Shown here: in pieces, positions 27,202 through 32,000 of the stretch
How the letters are laid out: each line of letters starts with the position of its first letter
Position numbering within the stretch: position 1 is the stretch's first letter
NCBI RefSeq assembly: GCF_000011125.1
Contig: NC_000854.2
Location: 570,001 to 602,000, forward strand
Direction: 5' to 3'
From: Aeropyrum pernix K1
Lineage (GTDB): Archaea > Thermoproteota > Thermoprotei_A > Sulfolobales > Acidilobaceae
Length of the DNA: 32,000 bases
Translations under genes and position numbers: made by a program
Notes under the pieces: generated by a model
Database searches by the model: none
Told to the model about the DNA's origin: nothing
The model's input: only the letters and a program-made list of their open reading frames with translations

Positions 27202-27987
27202 TTGGTGGACCTCGGTATCCAGGGTAAACTGGCGGTGGTCACGGCTGGCAGCAGCGGCTTGGGCTTTGCCTCGGCCCTAGAGCTAGCCAGGAACGGTGCC
27301 AGACTTCTCCTCTTCAGCAGGAACAGGGAGAAGCTCGAGGCCGCAGCATCCAGGATAGCGTCTCTCGTCAGTGGCGCCCAGGTTGATATAGTGGCTGGAG
27401 ATATCAGGGAGCCCGGCGATATAGACAGGCTCTTCGAGAAGGCCCGGGATCTCGGAGGCGCCGATATACTCGTATACAGCACCGGAGGACCTAGGCCGGG
27501 CAGGTTTATGGAGCTGGGTGTGGAGGATTGGGACGAGTCCTACAGGCTTCTGGCCAGGAGTGCTGTGTGGGTCGGCCGCCGGGCTGCAGAGCAGATGGTT
27601 GAGAAGGGGTGGGGGAGGATGGTTTACATAGGGAGCGTCACACTCCTAAGGCCCTGGCAAGACCTGGCCTTGAGCAACATAATGAGGCTGCCTGTGATAG
27701 GCGTTGTGAGGACACTAGCCCTTGAGCTAGCCCCCCACGGTGTAACGGTGAACGCAGTGCTGCCCAGCCTCATACTAACTGATAGGGTTAGGAGCCTGGC
27801 CGAGGAGAGGGCCAGGAGGAGCGGCATAACTGTGGAGGAGGCTCTAAAGTCTATGGCGTCCAGGATACCTATGGGGAGGGTGGGCAAACCTGAGGAGCTG
27901 GCCAGCGTGGTGGCGTTCCTAGCCTCCGAAAAGGCTTCATTCATCACAGGAGCCGTCATACCGGTCGACGGGGGAGCACACATCTAG
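27202..27987 (+). CDS. short-chain dehydrogenase/reductase
   Basis: VVTAGSSGLGFASALELA Rossmann motif; FITGAVIPVDGGAHI C-terminus. Confidence 0.9.
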   Translation: MVDLGIQGKLAVVTAGSSGLGFASALELARNGARLLLFSRNREKLEAAASRIASLVSGAQVDIVAGDIREPGDIDRLFEKARDLGGADILVYSTGGPRPGRFMELGVEDWDESYRLLARSAVWVGRRAAEQMVEKGWGRMVYIGSVTLLRPWQDLALSNIMRLPVIGVVRTLALELAPHGVTVNAVLPSLILTDRVRSLAEERARRSGITVEEALKSMASRIPMGRVGKPEELASVVAFLASEKASFITGAVIPVDGGAHI

Positions 27988-28061
27988 CCCGGGGGAGGGG
28001 TGGATAAGTCAAGATTTAACGGCTCCCCGGGATAAAGAGGGTTTCCGGGGGATCGGGTTCC

Positions 28062-28373
28062 ATGGCGGAGAGGTACACTTCGTACCCGAGGATAGTCGAC
28101 GACGTGAAGATAGGGCCGCCCTATCTGACTAAGTACGAGCGCGCTAGGATCATAGGGGTTAGGGCGTTCCAGCTAAGCATAGGCGCGCCTCCGCTAGTAG
28201 ACCCCGAGAGGGCGGGCTCGCGGAATCCTCTTGACATAGCCCGGTATGAGGTTGACAACGGCATACTACCCGTCTCTATCTACAGATACCTCCCCGGGGG
28301 AGGAGGCCAGTCTCTATCCCTCTCCCGCCTTGTCGAGCTTGCGAGGGAGATTCTGGGTAGCGAGTACGTCTAG
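28062..28373 (+). CDS. rpoK: DNA-directed RNA polymerase subunit K (Rpo6)
   Basis: YLTKYERARIIGVRAFQLSIGAPPLV and DIARYEVDNGILPVSIYRYLP. Confidence 0.93.
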   Translation: MAERYTSYPRIVDDVKIGPPYLTKYERARIIGVRAFQLSIGAPPLVDPERAGSRNPLDIARYEVDNGILPVSIYRYLPGGGGQSLSLSRLVELAREILGSEYV

Positions 28374-28441
28374 GCAGACCGCCCCACCGCTGTGGCTCGC
28401 ATAGGCCGCCAGCACATGTTGAGGGTGGTGTGTAAGCCGCC

Positions 28442-29509
28442 TTGATAGACTGTGTCGAGGTTGTCTCCAGATACTTCGAGATCCTTGAGGTTAAAAGGGG
28501 TGCGGGAAGGCTTGCAGTAAGCCTAGGGCTGCCCCTTAGAGGCGGGGATCTCGAGGATATAATGTCCTCCTTGTACAAGGACCTGACGACAGCCGGCTGC
28601 TACCCATATTTCTCTAGGGAGGAGGCGGGGCTCATCCTCTACATACACAGACCCGAGGCCGGTGCGAGAAGGTGGGCAATGGCTCTGGCCCTTGCCGCAG
28701 CCACTATCGCCACTGTTTACATGTCCGGGCTCGCCCTTGCCGACCCTTCCAAGGGCCTTAGCTGGAGCCCCCTAGCCTATCTCGTGGGCCTCCTACTCCC
28801 CCTGCTGGTGCATGAGATGGGTCATTGGCTAGTGATGAGGCTCAACAGAGTCCCAGCCAGCCTGCCCTACATGATCCCCGCGCCCCCCCTACAGCTTGGG
28901 TTTCTAGGGACCTTCGGCGCCGTCATAAACATGAGGTGGCTACCCCCCACCCTCGACTCTCTAACAGTGATGGCTGTGATGGGCCCGCTGGCGGGGTTCG
29001 TGGCCGCGGTGCCGCTGGCTGTTGTGGGGCTTCAGCATAGCCTCCTGCTGCCACCCCATGAGGCCGCTGCCAGGGGAGATCTCATCGGTATACCGCTTAT
29101 GCCTCTGGTCATGGTGCTTCTAGGCGACGCTCTTGGGTTCCCCTCCGACAGTGTAGTGGTCCTAAGCCCTCTTGCGTTCGCCAGCTACGTGGTGTTCATC
29201 GTTACATTCCTCAACCTTATACCCGTGGGGATGCTCGACGGCGGCCATATAGTGAGGGGTGTTGTGGGGGAGAGGGTGCACCAGGCCATCTCTCTCTTCG
29301 TTGTTGTGGCCTCACTGCTAGCCTCGGTATACATACCCCAACTGTCGCTCTTCGCCCTGCTAGCACTCCTCATCTACATGATGACCGGCGGGCGGCACCC
29401 AGGCGCCGCTATAAGAATATCGACGCCGGGCTGGAAGTCTGTGGCCTCCACGCTCATCTACACCCTGCTGCTAGTGCTGACACTCCCGCTACCCCTCAGC
29501 CTCTCGTAG
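28442..29509 (+). CDS. site-2-protease-like (M50) membrane metalloprotease
   Basis: LVHEMGHWLVMR (HExxH), LNLIPVGMLDGGHI, multiple transmembrane segments. Confidence 0.9.
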   Translation: MIDCVEVVSRYFEILEVKRGAGRLAVSLGLPLRGGDLEDIMSSLYKDLTTAGCYPYFSREEAGLILYIHRPEAGARRWAMALALAAATIATVYMSGLALADPSKGLSWSPLAYLVGLLLPLLVHEMGHWLVMRLNRVPASLPYMIPAPPLQLGFLGTFGAVINMRWLPPTLDSLTVMAVMGPLAGFVAAVPLAVVGLQHSLLLPPHEAAARGDLIGIPLMPLVMVLLGDALGFPSDSVVVLSPLAFASYVVFIVTFLNLIPVGMLDGGHIVRGVVGERVHQAISLFVVVASLLASVYIPQLSLFALLALLIYMMTGGRHPGAAIRISTPGWKSVASTLIYTLLLVLTLPLPLSLS

Positions 29510-30360
29510 ATGTGTATAGCGGCGGCTAGATCGAATACGGGGGTCCCCACGCTCTTATACACGTAGACGTCCCCCCATCTACATGACGCCACACCCCTCA
29601 CATAGTCTCTGAGGGTTACTGTCTCCACGCCACACGCGTCATCACTCTCCTCACAAGCTATGTCCGAATCGACAAGCATGCAGCCCGCCCTCCTCTTAAC
29701 CTGGTCGTCCAGCTCCCTAACAGGCCTGGGAGCGCCCACGCTAGCCACGTAAGCCCCCCTCCTAAGAAGCCCGCCCTCCACCACAGGATCCGTGCTGTTC
29801 GTAGCCGCTATAACAACGTGGGAGCGCTTAAGCAGCTCCCGCCTCCCAACCCTCCTGCCGCCAAACTCTCTCGCAAGCCTCTCCCCCGTCTCAACCCTCC
29901 TGCTCGCCACAAGTATCTCGTCGAACCTGAAAACCGACGTGAGAACCCTGAGGTGGTATCTAGCCTGAACACCAGCACCTATAACCCCGAGAACGCCGCC
30001 GCCTCCGAACCCTAGTTTGGAGAGTGCGAGGGCTGAGGCCGCAGCTGTCCTCCAGCCCGTAGGCTCCTCAGCCGGGATGTCGAGAACCTTCTCCCCATCG
30101 CTGCTCCTGAAGAGGAGGAGCACACCCCTGACCAGGGGCAGCCTCCTACTGGGGTTGCCAGGGTATACTCCCACTATCTTGGCGGAGAAGTAGCCCATGC
30201 CCCCCGCAACCATAGCGCCTAGCCAAGACCCCTCAAGCGATATCGAGGACCTCGGGGCCTCAGCATGCTCGCTCCGCAGCAGCTCTTCGAGCAGCCTTAT
30301 GAGGCTGCGGGGCTCCACAACCGAACCCAAGCCTTCTCCACTGCCACCCAATCCCGCCAC
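29458..30360 (-). CDS. ornithine cyclodeaminase / mu-crystallin family protein
   Basis: GVLGVIGAGVQARYHLRVLTSVFRFDEILVASRR, YFSAKIVGVYPGN, GAYVASVGAPRPVRELDD. Track ORF runs to 30648; start near 30360 inferred. 3' end overlaps the convergent M50 gene by 52 nt. Confidence 0.85.
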   Translation of the reverse strand: MAGLGGSGEGLGSVVEPRSLIRLLEELLRSEHAEAPRSSISLEGSWLGAMVAGGMGYFSAKIVGVYPGNPSRRLPLVRGVLLLFRSSDGEKVLDIPAEEPTGWRTAAASALALSKLGFGGGGVLGVIGAGVQARYHLRVLTSVFRFDEILVASRRVETGERLAREFGGRRVGRRELLKRSHVVIAATNSTDPVVEGGLLRRGAYVASVGAPRPVRELDDQVKRRAGCMLVDSDIACEESDDACGVETVTLRDYVRGVASCRWGDVYVYKSVGTPVFDLAAAIHIYERLRGSGSVSTSSRV

Positions 30361-30514
30361 ACCCGTTAGATAATTTTGTGAAGGGCATTCTCTTATCCTG
30401 CCGGAGGCCCTCGATTTTACATATAATAATAGTATCTTATGGTGGGTCAAGCTTTTTATAGTCACTATATAACGGGTTCTACTGAATATGGGCAGTGGAT
30501 AAAGGTGAAGATAT

Positions 30515-32000
30515 ATGAATGTGGCTAAGATCGGGGCAGTGCTCCTGGCCCTGGCTCTAATAGCGCCAGTGCTCTTCGCCACACCTGCACTATACACAGC
30601 AGCAGCCCAGCCCACCACAATAACAATAGGAGCCCTCCTCCCACTCACCGGCGACCTCCAGAGCTACGGTGTGAGGGCTCAGGCCGCCGTCCAGGTGGCT
30701 GTGGAGGATGTTAACGCTTATCTCGAGAGCAAGAACGCGTGGTTCAGGCTCGACCTCAAGGTTGAGGACACACAGACGAAGCCGGACGTCGCTGTCCAGA
30801 AGTTCAACTCCCTCGTGGCACAGGGCATAAAGTTCATTGTAGGCCCCATGACAAGCGCGGAAGTGAAGAAGCTCAAGGACCTGGCAGACCAGAACAACGT
30901 GCTGATAATAAGCCCATCAAGCACGGCGATAGAGCTGAAGATAGCCGGGGACAACGTCTTCAGGTTCTGCCCCACTGACGATGTGCAGAGCAAGGCTATA
31001 GGCGCCCTAGCAAGGGACCTCGGGTTAAAGGGAGCTGTCATTATAAACAGGGCAGACACCTGGGGCAACGGCCTGATGGAGGCGACTAAGGAGGTCCTCG
31101 AGAACGAGGGTGTGGAGGTAGCGAGCGTCTACAGCTACAACCCCGAGTCGCCCAACTTCTCCGGCATCGCCAGCCAGGCTAACGGCGATGTTGAGAGCCT
31201 GGTGAGCAAGTATGGGAAGGACAAGGTAGCTGTTGTTGCTATAGGCTTCAAGGAGGTTGTAGAGCTGTTCAGCGCCGCCGCTGACTACGAGACTCTCGAG
31301 AGCGTCCTCTGGATAGGGAGCGACGGTACAGCACAGCTGAGCGAGTTCACCACCGACCCGCTTGCAAGGGAGTTCTCTGTGTCGACTCTATTCATAAATC
31401 CGTTATTCTCGCCTGCGGCCACTGAGGCTCAGGAGAAGGTTAGGCAGGAAGTTGTGGCGAAGATAGGGGAGGAGCCCGACGCCTACTCGCTGGCGGCCTA
31501 CGATGCAGTCTGGGCCATAGCCCTAGCTCTACTCCAGGCGGGGCCCATGGACAACCCTGACGAGATGGTGAACAAGGTAAAGGAGCTGCTCCCGCAGATA
31601 ACCACCAGCGACGAGTTCGCGCAGTTCGCGGCGACAGGCAAGTTCCCGCTGGACGAGGGCGGCGACAGGGCCACCGCAGACTACGACTGGCACATAGTCG
31701 CCAAGATTGGCGGAGAGTACAAGTGGGTCAAGGCTGGCGTCTACAAGGGCGTCGAGGATAAGAACGAGTGGGTGACAATCGAGGGTCTAGGCAAGACGTT
31801 CCCACAGCTCTTCCAGGAGAAGTTCACCCCCGCAGAGACAGAGACCGAAACCTCACCCAGCCCTACACAGGCCGAGACCACACCAACCCCAACACCAGAA
31901 GAGACTGAAACCGAAACAGCCGAGGAGGGCGGAGTCTCGACAACCCTGATAGCCGCGATAATAATAATAGTCATCGTAATAGCTGCTGCCGCCTACTTCT
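30515..32000 (+). CDS. branched-chain amino acid/oligopeptide-type ABC transporter substrate-binding lipoprotein-like protein, partial
   Basis: Manual translation MNVAKIGAVLLALALIAPVLFATPALYTAAAAQPTTITIGALLPLTGDLQSYGVRAQAAVQVAVEDVNAY...VLWIGSDGT...; Thr/Glu-rich linker then C-terminal transmembrane anchor, continuing off the window. Confidence 0.9.
   Translation, partial: MNVAKIGAVLLALALIAPVLFATPALYTAAAQPTTITIGALLPLTGDLQSYGVRAQAAVQVAVEDVNAYLESKNAWFRLDLKVEDTQTKPDVAVQKFNSLVAQGIKFIVGPMTSAEVKKLKDLADQNNVLIISPSSTAIELKIAGDNVFRFCPTDDVQSKAIGALARDLGLKGAVIINRADTWGNGLMEATKEVLENEGVEVASVYSYNPESPNFSGIASQANGDVESLVSKYGKDKVAVVAIGFKEVVELFSAAADYETLESVLWIGSDGTAQLSEFTTDPLAREFSVSTLFINPLFSPAATEAQEKVRQEVVAKIGEEPDAYSLAAYDAVWAIALALLQAGPMDNPDEMVNKVKELLPQITTSDEFAQFAATGKFPLDEGGDRATADYDWHIVAKIGGEYKWVKAGVYKGVEDKNEWVTIEGLGKTFPQLFQEKFTPAETETETSPSPTQAETTPTPTPEETETETAEEGGVSTTLIAAIIIIVIVIAAAAYF

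Noticed and set aside
25439-27482. Several reverse-strand ORFs antisense to the thermosome gene (e.g. 25439-25918, 26148-26579)
   Set aside because: Low-complexity Ser/Leu-rich translations mirroring the chaperonin codons; spurious.
1-32000. CRISPR array or cas genes
   Set aside because: No regularly spaced direct repeats of 23-37 bp and no Cas-like protein motifs seen by eye.
1-32000. Transposase or insertion sequence
   Set aside because: No ORF with recognisable DDE, HUH or serine-recombinase motifs, and no terminal inverted repeats bracketing an ORF. The only mobile-element evidence is the tRNA fragment.

Overview
This looks like a hyperthermophilic crenarchaeal chromosome segment (Aeropyrum-like by gene content and style; not checked by any search). 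It has two parts. (A) About 1-10733 is accessory DNA ending in a 3' half tRNA-Val(UAC) fragment with a short ORF running through it, as at the att border of an SSV-type integrated element. This part holds a C5-cytosine methyltransferase with a small ribbon-helix-helix-like leader ORF, a candidate PD-(D/E)XK restriction endonuclease, a Mig-type G/T mismatch glycosylase, an uncharacterised three-gene operon (small PD-ExK-like protein, helical protein, P-loop ATPase), a divergent winged-helix pair around an 18-bp perfect inverted repeat, and a packed run of small virus- or plasmid-like ORFs. (B) About 10734-32000 is mostly core chromosome: mpgP/mpgS, tRNA-Arg(GCG), a UPF0175/PIN toxin-antitoxin pair whose PIN ORF looks broken by a 7-bp tandem duplication, a CopD-like membrane protein, a MoxR/VWA pair, two divergent class III signal-peptide (pilin-like) proteins, GNAT, AlaX, thermosome, SDR, RpoK, an M50 protease, an ornithine-cyclodeaminase-like enzyme and an ABC substrate-binding protein. 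The best candidate for something undescribed is the 4307-7838 operon beside the restriction-modification/mismatch-repair cassette. Family assignments come from motif recognition by eye only.
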